Assembly (NCBI RefSeq): GCF_000981785.2
Contig: NZ_CP011304.1
Location: 450,001 to 482,000 of the forward strand
Source: Microcystis aeruginosa NIES-2549
GTDB taxonomy: Bacteria; Cyanobacteriota; Cyanobacteriia; Cyanobacteriales; Microcystaceae
DNA: 32,000 nucleotides
Direction: 5' to 3'
How positions within the stretch are numbered: position 1 is the first letter of the stretch; each line of letters opens with the position of its first letter. Below the pieces are notes generated by a model. The model searched no databases and was not told the DNA's origin. It saw only the letters and a program-made list of their open reading frames with translations. The translations under genes were made by a program, and so were the position numbers. Shown here in pieces: positions 8,140 through 17,238 of this stretch.

Positions 8140-9324
8140 TCAGGCGGGGGGATTACCGTCGTCTTCGGGCGGTTTTTGCCCTAGTAAAGCCTCTAGACGG
8201 GTTTGGGCAAGCTCAAAATCCGGCGCAATCCCTAAAGCTTTTTGATAACAGGCGATCGCTGCTTGGGTTTCGCCCAAATTTTCTAGGGTACTGCCGCGAT
8301 TGTACCAAGCTTGATAAAAATTATCGTCCGCTTCTAGCACCTGTTGCCAACATTCTAAAGCCTCTTGCCAACGTTGCAGTCCGTATAGGGCGCTGCCTCT
8401 AGCGTTAATGACTTGGTGATCGTTGGGGGTGATTTCTAGGGCGCGATCATAACTATTTAACGCCTCTTCGTAGTTACCAATCATGGCTAAGGCACCACCA
8501 CGATTATGCCAGGCCGAGGCTAATTGGGGATCGATCGTCAGGGCCTGTTCCCAATCGGCGATCGCATTTGACCAATTGCCTAAATTTGCCTGTTCTAAGC
8601 CCTGATTAAACCAATCTTCGGCAGTTTCAGGGGTTTTAGCTTCCTGGGGGGAAAATTGAGCGATCAGACTATCAATAATGCTTTCTGCGTCCTTATTTTC
8701 GATGCCCAATTGTTCGGCCATTTGCCCGGCTAGGGTAGGATCGTTTTGCAGACGGTTAAATAATTCATCGAGGGTCAGGGTTTCTAATTGGGGATTTTCT
8801 GGGTCATTACCGTTAAAATCGCTAGTTTCACCGGAATATAAGAGATTTTCTGGGGGTTGCGGCAGGGAATAACTACCCGGGGCCTCATCTTCGCCGGCGT
8901 ATTCCCAAATTAAAGTGGCAGTTTCTTTGGTGTAGAGTTGATAACCGATCTCGTAGGAAGCTTCACCAATACGTTCAATCCCGGGGAAAGCGCGAGCTAA
9001 TTCTCCTAAACGGATCATTCTGCTGGCGAGAAGTTGGTTAAGGGAAGCGGAGGATTGCAGACGGGTCCCAAAGCGCTCTAACCATTCTACCCAATCTTTT
9101 TGCCGACCTCGATCGCCCAATTTCTCAAAAAATCTCAGAATTCTGCCTTCGTGCCAACCGTGGGACACTCCATCGAGTAACTGCATATAGAGAAACTCGT
9201 AATCTGTATCGGTTAGGGGAACAGATTCGATCGCTTGTACTTTCCCCTTTCCCTCTTGTCCCCCCAAAAGTCGGGTAAAAAAGTTTTCGATCGCACGCCA
9301 AAGTTTTCTTAAAAGTCCCTGCAT
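8140..9324 (-). CDS. TPR-repeat protein with an N-terminal domain of unknown function
   Basis: The C-terminal ~170 aa form tandem TPR units (WFNQGLEQANLGNW.., AWHNRGGALAMIGNYEEAL.., AWYNRGSTLENLGE..). The ORF track start at 9369 is a TTG; the first ATG is at 9324 (MQGLLRKLW). Confidence 0.75.
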   Translation of the reverse strand: MQGLLRKLWRAIENFFTRLLGGQEGKGKVQAIESVPLTDTDYEFLYMQLLDGVSHGWHEGRILRFFEKLGDRGRQKDWVEWLERFGTRLQSSASLNQLLASRMIRLGELARAFPGIERIGEASYEIGYQLYTKETATLIWEYAGEDEAPGSYSLPQPPENLLYSGETSDFNGNDPENPQLETLTLDELFNRLQNDPTLAGQMAEQLGIENKDAESIIDSLIAQFSPQEAKTPETAEDWFNQGLEQANLGNWSNAIADWEQALTIDPQLASAWHNRGGALAMIGNYEEALNSYDRALEITPNDHQVINARGSALYGLQRWQEALECWQQVLEADDNFYQAWYNRGSTLENLGETQAAIACYQKALGIAPDFELAQTRLEALLGQKPPEDDGNPPA

Positions 9325-9399
9325 TCTAATCTCGACACTGGTTTTATTAATCTTGCAAGCATCACCCAATTAGTCTAGCAGTTATCAGTTATCGGGGAT

Positions 9400-9600
9400 T
9401 GACTCTCCCCCGCTAACCGCGGAGCGCGGTGTAGCGGGGGATTCTCGGTTCTTAGGCTTTTAACTAGATCGACCGAGTTTAACCCAGTCGATCCCCGTCA
9501 AATCGCCTCCGCGAGCGTTTTCTAACACGGTCAGTCCGACCGCGTTTTTTCCTCGGTTCTCAATTACCTTCGCTGATGCCGTATCTCTCGGTTCAATGTG
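9400..9600 (-). ncRNA. Predicted TnpB omega-RNA (reRNA) scaffold spanning the tnpB 3' end plus RE; extent is a guess
   Basis: Assigned by analogy with characterised TnpB elements, where the guide RNA scaffold overlaps the tnpB 3' end and the RE. The strong hairpin at 9406-9441 lies 19 nt downstream of the tnpB stop. There is no expression evidence. Confidence 0.35.
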
Positions 9601-10674
9601 GCCGCAAGAATCACACCGGTGAACTCTTTCCGATAACGCTTTTTTACCAGTAATTGCGCCACAATTCGGACACTCTTGCGAGGTTCCGTTTTTATCAACC
9701 TTAAGATAATATTTTCCCCGTTTCCAAGCGACAAACGGTAATATCTCGTTAATAAAACTACCGATACCTGAATCCAGAGATTGTTTTCTAACGATCCCTC
9801 TAGACCAGGAAACGAAGTTAATATCTTCAACAAAGATATTATCAGCGAGATCGCAAAGGTAATGAGCTAACTTAAAATGCCAATCTCTACGAGTATTAGA
9901 CACTTTTTCGTGTAATCTCGCTATCTTATCTTGGAGTTTCAACCAATTTTTCGAGCCTTTGACTTGATGTTTCAAGCGTCTTTGTAGCAATTTAAGCTTA
10001 CTCTGTACTTTCAACAAAAATCGAGGGGCTTTGATTAAATCTCCCCGTGAAGTAGCGACAAAACTCTCAATTCCCGCGTCAATTCCTAAACAGGTCTTCC
10101 CTACTGTCATATCGGGAACTAATTCCGTAGATTGGAAAGAAACCAAAACGTAAAATCCCGACGCTTTTTGGATAATTCGAGCTTGTTTAGGCTCAAACCC
10201 AGACGGGTACTCCCTAGATTTCCTAATCCGAATTTTTCCCAATTGTGGAAAATTTAAGTATTCGTCACCTAGAAAATTTTTCGAGAGCGCGGGGAAAACA
10301 AAACTTCGCATCTTTTTCTTAAATCTAGGAAAGCCGAAGCCTTTCGATTTTATATGGTCAAACGCTTTATCTACAGTTTTTAAAACTTGCTGTAAGACTT
10401 GAGCGTTAACCGTCTTTAATATCGGGTCAACTTTTTTAGCTTCCGTTAGATTTTTAGCTTGAACGAAGTAATTTGGATAGGGTTGATCCGCAGGAATTAT
10501 GTACTCAGAAACTAGCGAACAGCGATCCGCAAGACACTTTCGAGAGTTTAACCAATCTTTCCGTTCCGAGAGCGCGTAATTATAAACGCTCTTACAAACA
10601 TCAAGAATGTGGACAATCTCTCGTTCCTGTTTCTTGTTTACCTTTAGTTTGTACTGGTAGGTAAGCGTTATCAC
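9460..10674 (-). CDS. tnpB: TnpB (IS605 OrfB family) RNA-guided endonuclease
   Basis: The N-terminus LTYQYKLKVNKKQ is typical of OrfB. A RuvC triad is present in context: GIDAG, FVEDINF, PRDTASAKV. Zinc ribbon CPNCG..CDSCGH. GTG start at 10674. Confidence 0.9.
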   Translation of the reverse strand: MITLTYQYKLKVNKKQEREIVHILDVCKSVYNYALSERKDWLNSRKCLADRCSLVSEYIIPADQPYPNYFVQAKNLTEAKKVDPILKTVNAQVLQQVLKTVDKAFDHIKSKGFGFPRFKKKMRSFVFPALSKNFLGDEYLNFPQLGKIRIRKSREYPSGFEPKQARIIQKASGFYVLVSFQSTELVPDMTVGKTCLGIDAGIESFVATSRGDLIKAPRFLLKVQSKLKLLQRRLKHQVKGSKNWLKLQDKIARLHEKVSNTRRDWHFKLAHYLCDLADNIFVEDINFVSWSRGIVRKQSLDSGIGSFINEILPFVAWKRGKYYLKVDKNGTSQECPNCGAITGKKALSERVHRCDSCGHIEPRDTASAKVIENRGKNAVGLTVLENARGGDLTGIDWVKLGRSS

Positions 10675-10752
10675 TGTCGTTAGTTTCGTGATGTGATGTA
10701 TAGTTAAATTGTAACACCTACTGCCTAGTATATCAACTAATTACAATCATAG

Positions 10753-10959
10753 ACCAAACTAATCGCTAACCTTAAAACAGTTAGTAGTCGCTTAATTAGA
10801 CAAGAATTTCCGGATTTGGCGGCAAAGTATTTCGACAACAAACCCTATTTTTGGGCGGGAGCTTATTTCGTGGCTAGTTGTGGCGACGTTACTGTCGAAC
10901 AACTAAAAAAATACGTCGAGAACCAAAACTCCCCAAAAGTGGAAAGGCTACTGCGTTAG
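10753..10959 (+). pseudogene. tnpA: C-terminal remnant (~68 codons) of an IS200/IS605 Y1 transposase TnpA; the N-terminal HUH half is missing
   Basis: My own translation gives ..LKTVSSRLIRQEFPDLAAKYFDNKPYFWAGAYFVASCGDVTVEQLKKYVENQNSPKVERLLR*. This matches the conserved TnpA tail (..FP.L...FW..GYF..S.G.V....YIENQ). There is an in-frame TAG at 10750-10752, and no start codon or HUH motif upstream. Confidence 0.7.
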
Positions 10960-11113
10960 TTTCATTCTGGTCGCGATTCATCTCCCGTTAACCGCTACGC
11001 AGTTTAACGGGAGTCCTCTCGCGACCTTGAGATAGGGGTCAGGGGTGGGGCAGATTTTTCAGGGATCGGTAAACAGTAAACAGTGAAAATACTCCTCACC
11101 TAATACCGCTTAC

Positions 11114-12589
11114 TTAATTATTGGCCATTACCCAATTAACTAGAGTGCGGACGGGAAAACCGGTGGCCCCGGAATTATTAACGCCATTTTCTTTGTCGGA
11201 CCATACGGGTCCGGCGATATCTAGGTGGAGCCAGGGAGTATTATCAATGAATTGCTTCAAAAATAAAGCGGCTGTAATGGAACCGCCGGGGCGTGGGCCG
11301 GTGTTTTTCATATCGGCAATTTGAGACTTCATCCCCTCGAAATATTTTTCTTCTAGGGGCATCGGCCAGAATTTTTCGCCGGCTAATTTGGCGGCCTCTT
11401 GGAGTTGATCACCGAGACTCTCATCGCTACTCCATAAACCGGCGATATCTTCCCCTAAAGCGACGACACAGGCCCCGGTTAAAGTGGCTAGATCCACGAT
11501 CGCATCCACCTCTAATTTTTCCGCAAAAACCAAGCCATCGGCCAGGGTTAATCGTCCCTCGGCATCGGTGTTATTGACTTCAATAGTTTTGCCATTAGAA
11601 GCGGTTAAAATGTCCCCGGGGTGCATAGCGCGACCACTAATCATATTTTCCGTAGCCGGACAGATAAAGTGTACTTCCACTTCTGGCCGTAATTGAGCGA
11701 TCGCCTTAGCCGCGCCTAGGGTAGCGGCACCACCCCCCATATCCATTTTCATGGTTTCGATGCCACTGCCGGCCCCTTTAATATTCAAACCGCCGGAATC
11801 AAAGGTCAAACTTTTACCGACGATTGCTAGTTTACGTTTCGGGTTTCCTTGGGGTTTATAGATTAAATGAATGAATTTCGGGGGAATATCCGATGCTTTT
11901 GCCACTCCTAAGAATGCTCCCATACCCAAGCTTTCGCATTCTTCCTGTTCCAGAATATTAAGACTTAATCCGTATTCAGCAGCAATTTGCTCGGCGGTTT
12001 CTGCCATGGTTAGGGGGGTGACGGTGTTCGCGGGAGCATTGACTAATTCTCTGGCCAGAATCACCCCGGAACAGATTTGCTCGGCCTTGGCGATCGCCGA
12101 TGATTGTTCTCCTAAACCCAATAACTCGACGGTTGCTAATTTGGCTCCTTTTTCCTCTTTAGTGGACTTGAAGCGGGTATCCTGATGATTGGCCAGTAGT
12201 AGTCCTTCCGTGATTGCTCCGGCGGTGGCGGACTGATCACCAACTACCGGTAAACTGATGGCCAGAGCTTGGCTTTTTTGTTGTTTGGCCAGACGAGCGA
12301 TCGCGGCGGCCGCTAGACGCAGGGTTTGCAGGTCGAAATCGGCAGTTTTTCCCAATCCCACCAGGATTAATTTGCGAATCGGACCACCACCACCTAGACG
12401 AGTCGCCGCACTACTGCCTAATTTTCCCTCGAATTCCGTCTCGGAGATGAGTTCCTCTAGGGTTCCCCCCAGTTTATTGTTTAATTCTGCCAATTCTCCT
12501 GCAATCTCTACGGCTCCTTCTGGTAAACCTAGGGCTAAAGTATCTCCTGTCCAAGTAAGGAGCGAGGTGTCAGTCGATCGAATATCCAT
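11114..12589 (-). CDS. pepA: Leucyl aminopeptidase (M17 family)
   Basis: M17 signature [13 protein letters not shown], metal-binding region [15 protein letters not shown], full length of 491 aa. Confidence 0.92.
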   Translation of the reverse strand: MDIRSTDTSLLTWTGDTLALGLPEGAVEIAGELAELNNKLGGTLEELISETEFEGKLGSSAATRLGGGGPIRKLILVGLGKTADFDLQTLRLAAAAIARLAKQQKSQALAISLPVVGDQSATAGAITEGLLLANHQDTRFKSTKEEKGAKLATVELLGLGEQSSAIAKAEQICSGVILARELVNAPANTVTPLTMAETAEQIAAEYGLSLNILEQEECESLGMGAFLGVAKASDIPPKFIHLIYKPQGNPKRKLAIVGKSLTFDSGGLNIKGAGSGIETMKMDMGGGAATLGAAKAIAQLRPEVEVHFICPATENMISGRAMHPGDILTASNGKTIEVNNTDAEGRLTLADGLVFAEKLEVDAIVDLATLTGACVVALGEDIAGLWSSDESLGDQLQEAAKLAGEKFWPMPLEEKYFEGMKSQIADMKNTGPRPGGSITAALFLKQFIDNTPWLHLDIAGPVWSDKENGVNNSGATGFPVRTLVNWVMANN

Positions 12590-12765
12590 TCTTTATCTCG
12601 ATAATTCTTTGCAAAATGCTTCTATTACTCACTATACTGTAAGCTCTATCAGTGGCTGTCTTATTCTTTGTGTGATAAGTTTAACTTATAATAGTAGTGA
12701 TCGATCTCTGTGTCCTTTGTGTCTGGAGTGGTTCGTTCCACTCACTCGCCCATAAGACTGTATCT

Positions 12766-12870
12766 TAACGTCAGTTCGGGATAAGGGAATTTTGCCATAG
12801 CTTCCACGAAAGAACAGGAGTTTCAGGCTACGGTAGCATCAGGGTTTTAGCTTATCCCGAACTGAGGTTA
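12766..12870. repeat. 105-bp unit bounded by 20-bp terminal inverted repeats (19/20 match); MITE-like or a structured RNA
   Basis: TAACGTCAGTTCGGGATAAG (12766-12785) against CTTATCCCGAACTGAGGTTA (12851-12870). No ORF inside. Confidence 0.4.
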
Positions 12871-12997
12871 CCTAATTTTCAGGGAAAAAGTGCCTAAACT
12901 TCCCCCCGATCACCCCAATGTCTGGCACTTTTTGATGGGAAAAAAGTCTAAAATTCTTATCCAACAAGGTTTTTAGATTTATTCAGCAAGCCCTACT

Positions 12998-13032
12998 TAA
13001 CTGATAACTGATAACTGATAACTGATAACTGA
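12998..13032 (+). repeat. Heptamer tandem array (TAACTGA)5
   Basis: Read directly. It ends 4 nt before the ATG at 13037. Confidence 0.9.
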
Positions 13033-13036
13033 ATCA

Positions 13037-14164
13037 ATGCGTTATCGACGATTTGGCCGTACTAATTGGCAATTTTCGCTGTTTTCCCTGGGGACAATGC
13101 GCTGTTTGTCCTCAGAGTCGGTATTTGCCGCAACACTCGATCGCGCCTTAGAATTGGGGATTAATCACCTAGAAACGGCCAGAGGTTACGGTAATAGCGA
13201 AGTTTTTCTCGGTCGCTACCTGCAGCGTCAAGGAGTGCGGGAGCGGGTTTATCTGACCACGAAATTGGTCCCCACTCCCGATCGCCAAACTATGGAAAAA
13301 GCGATCGCCGAATCCCTAGAACGATTACAATTAAATCACCTCGATTGTCTAGCAATTCACGGTATTAACACCCGCGAACATTTAAACTGGATTAAAGACC
13401 CGCAAGGCTGCATGAAAGCCGTTTTTCTGGCCCAAGAGGCTGGAAAAATCGGTCATATTGGCTTTTCTACCCATGCACCCCTAGAAATTATTCTGGAGAC
13501 GATCAATACAGATTTCTTCGCTTTTGTCAATATCCATTACTATTTTTTTTGGCAAAGACAGCAACCGGCGATCGCTTTAGCCCAGGCAAAGGACATGGGT
13601 GTGTTTATTATTTCCCCTGCTGATAAGGGAGGTGGTCTCCACAGACCTCCTAAGAAGCTAGAGGAATTATGCGCCCCTTTTTCACCCCTAGAGCTAAATT
13701 ATCGCTTTTTATTGAGCGATCCGCGCATTACTACCCTCAGCGTCGGGGCAGCGATACCAGAGGAATTAGAGTCAATTATTAACGTATGCGAACGAGATCA
13801 GCCCCTAGATGCGGCAGAAATTGCCGTTTTTAAACGTTTAGAGGCACATTTAACCGATAAATTGGCTACAGATTTATGTAGCCAATGTTATCAATGTTTA
13901 CCCTGTCCTGAAAATATTAATATCCCCGAAGTGTTGAGACTGCGGAATCTGGCCGTAGCTTACGAAATGACTGATTTTGGCCAGTATCGCTATCAAATGC
14001 TGGAAAATGCCGGTCATTGGTTCCCCGGACGCAAGGCGAATAATTGTACTGAATGCGGCGATTGTTTACCTCGCTGCCCGGAAAAATTGCCGATTCCCCG
14101 GCTGCTATTTGATACACACGAACTACTTAACGGACCGCCGCAACGGAGATTGTGGTCATCTTAG
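13037..14164 (+). CDS. Aldo/keto reductase fused to a C-terminal ferredoxin-type Fe-S domain
   Basis: AKR N-terminus (GINHLETARGYGNSE, IHGIN). C-terminal Cys clusters CSQCYQCLPCP and CTECGDCLPRCP. Confidence 0.8.
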   Translation: MRYRRFGRTNWQFSLFSLGTMRCLSSESVFAATLDRALELGINHLETARGYGNSEVFLGRYLQRQGVRERVYLTTKLVPTPDRQTMEKAIAESLERLQLNHLDCLAIHGINTREHLNWIKDPQGCMKAVFLAQEAGKIGHIGFSTHAPLEIILETINTDFFAFVNIHYYFFWQRQQPAIALAQAKDMGVFIISPADKGGGLHRPPKKLEELCAPFSPLELNYRFLLSDPRITTLSVGAAIPEELESIINVCERDQPLDAAEIAVFKRLEAHLTDKLATDLCSQCYQCLPCPENINIPEVLRLRNLAVAYEMTDFGQYRYQMLENAGHWFPGRKANNCTECGDCLPRCPEKLPIPRLLFDTHELLNGPPQRRLWSS

Positions 14165-14296
14165 GACGAAACCTAGAAAAATTTTTTTTGGGGATCGTCA
14201 AAGTGTAAAAACTATCTTAAGATTAACAGGTAAGAGAATTAACTTTCTTGAATTTAAAGAGACAAAAAACAAGAAATAGATTAAGGAGTAAAGGAT

Positions 14297-15376
14297 ATGG
14301 CACTCGTCCCCATGCGGTTATTGTTGGATCACGCGGCTGAGAACGGATATGGCATCCCCGCTTTTAACGTAAATAATATGGAGCAGATCCAAGCGATCAT
14401 GCAAGCGGCGGCAGCCACCGACAGCCCCGTTATCCTACAAGCTTCTCGCGGTGCGCGCAAATATGCAGGGGAAAACTTCCTGCGTCACTTGATCACCGCC
14501 GCGGTGGAAACCTATCCTCATATCCCCATCGTGATGCACCAAGATCACGGTAATGAACCCGCCACCTGCTACTCGGCGATCCGTAACGGTTTCACCAGCG
14601 TCATGATGGATGGTTCCTTAGAAGCGGATGCTAAAACTCCCGCCACCTACGAGTACAACGTTAACGTTACTGCTGAAGTAGTAAAAGTTGCCCACTCGAT
14701 CGGTGCTAGTGTGGAAGGGGAACTCGGTTGTTTAGGTTCCTTAGAAACCGGTAAAGGAGAAGCGGAAGATGGCCACGGTTTTGAGGGAGAATTAGATCAC
14801 TCGATGCTGTTAACCGATCCCGATGAAGCGGTGGATTTCGTCGAAAGAACCCAAGTAGATGCTTTAGCAGTAGCGATTGGTACTAGCCACGGCGCTTACA
14901 AATTTACCCGCAAACCCACCGGCGAAATTCTCGCTATTAGCCGCATTGAAGAAATTCATAACCGCTTACCAAATACTCACTTGGTCATGCACGGTTCTTC
15001 CTCGGTTCCTGAAGATCTCCTCGAATTAATCAACCAATTCGGTGGCGCTATCCCTGAAACCTACGGTGTTCCCGTGGAAGAAATCCAAAAAGGCATCAAG
15101 AGTGGTGTGCGTAAAATCAATATCGACACCGACTGCCGTTTAGCAATTACTGCCGCAGTTCGTGAAGCACTATTCAGCAACCCGAAAGAGTTTGATCCCC
15201 GTTTCTTCCTGAAACCCTCGATCACCTATATGCAGAAAGTTTGTGCCGATCGCTATCAACAATTTGGTACCGCCGGTAACGCCAGCAAAATCAAACAAAT
15301 GTCCCTCGATGACTACGCAGCCAAATATGCTAAAGGGCAATTAACCCAAGTCAGTAAAAAAGTTGTGGCTGTCTAG
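14297..15376 (+). CDS. fba: Class II fructose-1,6-bisphosphate aldolase
   Basis: N-terminus [22 protein letters not shown], plus [14 protein letters not shown] and [19 protein letters not shown] upstream. Confidence 0.95.
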   Translation: MALVPMRLLLDHAAENGYGIPAFNVNNMEQIQAIMQAAAATDSPVILQASRGARKYAGENFLRHLITAAVETYPHIPIVMHQDHGNEPATCYSAIRNGFTSVMMDGSLEADAKTPATYEYNVNVTAEVVKVAHSIGASVEGELGCLGSLETGKGEAEDGHGFEGELDHSMLLTDPDEAVDFVERTQVDALAVAIGTSHGAYKFTRKPTGEILAISRIEEIHNRLPNTHLVMHGSSSVPEDLLELINQFGGAIPETYGVPVEEIQKGIKSGVRKINIDTDCRLAITAAVREALFSNPKEFDPRFFLKPSITYMQKVCADRYQQFGTAGNASKIKQMSLDDYAAKYAKGQLTQVSKKVVAV

Positions 15377-15429
15377 TAGCTGAACAATTAAGCGATCGCT
15401 TAATGGCACCAATTTAGCAGGATTTTTTG

Positions 15430-15459
15430 GGGTAGTTAACCATAACTACCCTCTTTTTT
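15430..15459 (+). terminator. Rho-independent terminator of fba
   Basis: GGGTAGTT-aaccat-AACTACCC followed by TCTTTTTT. Confidence 0.75.
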
Positions 15460-15567
15460 ATGGGAATGCCTTCAAGGGAAAGAGTTACCAGATAAGAATC
15501 GATTTCAGAGAAAAGACTATACTGAAAATAATCAGCAGATCAGCACTGGATTTATAAGAGAAGCAAG

Positions 15568-16806
15568 ATGAGAAAAAAATCGTTGTGGGCGGGATTATTG
15601 GTGGGATTTTGGTTTTGTCTGACTTGGATGGCATGGACACCCACAGCAGCCGCCTTTAGCGAAGAACAAAAATTACTACTGCAATCTTGGCGATTAGTCA
15701 ACCAATCTTATTATGATGACACCTTTAATCATCAAAACTGGTGGCAGGTGCGGGAACAATTCATCAAAAAACCCCTTAACGATCGGACGGCGGCCTATAA
15801 TGCGATCGAACAGATGTTAGCCACTCTCGATGAACCCTTTACCCGTCTCTTGCGACCGGATCAATACCATAACCTACAAATTAGCACCACGGGGGAATTA
15901 TCGGGGGTAGGACTGCAAATTAATATCAATCCCGACAATGGTTACTTAGAAGTGGTTGCCCCCCTTGCCGGTTCTCCTGCCGAGGCCGCTGGTCTAACTA
16001 GCCACGATCGCATTTTGTTTATTGATGGCATCGATACCACTACTTTAACTCTCGATGCGGCGGCGGCTAAAATGCGCGGGACAGCCGGAACAGAAGTTTC
16101 TTTGGTGATTCTTCCCTATCAAAAAAGTCAACCAAAAACCCTATCTTTAACCCGTCAACGCATTTCTTTAAGTCCAGTGGTAGCGGTTTTGGATAAAAAT
16201 TCTAGTTCCTTGCCCATCGGTTATGTGCGCTTAAATCAATTTAGTGCTAACGCTGCTAAAGAAGTCTCGGAAGCGGTGACGAACCTACAAAAACAAGGGG
16301 CAAAGGGTTATATTTTGGATCTAAGAAATAACCCCGGTGGTTTACTGCAAGCTGGCATAGAAATCGCTCGGATGTGGATTAATCAGGGAACGATCGTTTA
16401 TACGGTTAATCGCGAGGGAATTGCCGATAGTTTTGCGGCTGCTGGCAATGCTTTAACCGATGCGCCTCTAGTGGTTTTAGTCAATCAGGGAACCGCCAGC
16501 GCCAGCGAGATTTTAGCCGGAGCATTACAGGACAATCAACGGGGGGTTTTAGTGGGAGAAAAGACTTTTGGTAAGGGATTAATTCAGTCTTTATTCGAGT
16601 TACCCGATGGGGCAGGATTAGCGATTACCGTGGCTAAATATGAAACTCCAGCCCACCATGATATTCATAAGTTAGGAATTATGCCGGATCAAGTGGTGGC
16701 ACAGGAACCGATCACATATCAGGAAATTGGCACCGAAAAAGATAGTCAATACCAAACGGCGATTCAGTTTTTAAACCAGAACACCGTTTTAGCCAAAGCT
16801 TCCTAA
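15568..16806 (+). CDS. Carboxyl-terminal processing protease (S41, Ctp family) with signal peptide and PDZ domain
   Basis: S41 catalytic context GTASASEI and GEKTFGKG. PDZ segment GLQININPDNGYLEVVAPLAGSPAEAAGL. Confidence 0.9.
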   Translation: MRKKSLWAGLLVGFWFCLTWMAWTPTAAAFSEEQKLLLQSWRLVNQSYYDDTFNHQNWWQVREQFIKKPLNDRTAAYNAIEQMLATLDEPFTRLLRPDQYHNLQISTTGELSGVGLQININPDNGYLEVVAPLAGSPAEAAGLTSHDRILFIDGIDTTTLTLDAAAAKMRGTAGTEVSLVILPYQKSQPKTLSLTRQRISLSPVVAVLDKNSSSLPIGYVRLNQFSANAAKEVSEAVTNLQKQGAKGYILDLRNNPGGLLQAGIEIARMWINQGTIVYTVNREGIADSFAAAGNALTDAPLVVLVNQGTASASEILAGALQDNQRGVLVGEKTFGKGLIQSLFELPDGAGLAITVAKYETPAHHDIHKLGIMPDQVVAQEPITYQEIGTEKDSQYQTAIQFLNQNTVLAKAS

Positions 16807-16816
16807 GTGGGTTTTC

Positions 16817-16858
16817 AGCCATCAGTTACCAGTGATCAGTTACCAGTTATCAGATGTG
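16817..16858 (+). repeat. Degenerate heptamer array: CAGCCAT CAGTTAC CAGTGAT CAGTTAC CAGTTAT CAGATGT
   Basis: Read directly. It starts 11 nt after the ctp stop. Confidence 0.85.
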
Positions 16859-17052
16859 AGTTTTCAGGGTTCTTAGTTACTTAGTATGGTTCGATCGGGT
16901 GGCATAAATCGACTAAATCCTTATCTGGCAAGAGATTTAATTGATTAGTTCGCTCTAGAGCGAAAACAATTAACAAAAATCGCCAAATGTCTTTCTCTAT
17001 AAGAGTTTCATTCCTTATAACCCTGTACGTTGCATAAGACAAACCGAAGAAC

Positions 17053-17080
17053 CATAATTCATAATTCATAATTCATAATT
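17053..17080 (+). repeat. Heptamer tandem array (CATAATT)4
   Basis: Read directly. The same array recurs at 19087-19114. Confidence 0.9.
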
Positions 17081-17238
17081 ACTAGGGCATAAATCGAACA
17101 AATTAGCCATTTTTTCCATCAATATCTAAATTAAGATGAAAACCTGTTTGATTTGGAGAGAATGCTAACATCGATTAGAATTTTCCCAGTCCGGACTTTT
17201 CAGCCTTGCAACCTTAACTCATCCTTGATTTTACTGCC

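Larger units (their letters stand above)
9400..11030 (-). mobile_element. IS200/IS605-family element with divergent layout: intact tnpB, truncated tnpA and both subterminal hairpins. Boundaries are approximate.
   Basis: RE-side hairpin at 9406-9441 (16-bp stem, 1 bulge, 3-nt loop). LE-side hairpin CTCCCGTTAA/TTAACGGGAG at 10982-11013, with an outer TCGCGA stem at 10971-10976/11019-11024. On the same strand both hairpins start with CTCCC..G.TAACCGC, as expected for IS200/IS605 ends. Confidence 0.75.

Noticed and set aside
11121-12755. Several plus-strand ORFs over pepA, including a 165-aa ORF at 12258-12755
   Set aside because: All lie antisense to the M17 aminopeptidase frame and have Arg/Pro/Ser-rich low-complexity products. 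The tail of the 165-aa ORF runs into AT-rich intergenic DNA with no RBS.
13917-14279. ORFs 13917-14117 (minus) and 13977-14279 (plus) at the end of the aldo/keto reductase gene
   Set aside because: They are nested in or out of frame with the Cys-cluster domain of a supported CDS and extend into the fba promoter region. They are shadow ORFs.
16881-17069. 62-aa minus-strand ORF between ctp and the binding-protein gene
   Set aside because: The ATG and the first codons are produced by the (CATAATT)4 array itself (AATTATG repeats). There is no RBS and no family I can recognise. At most it is a gene remnant.
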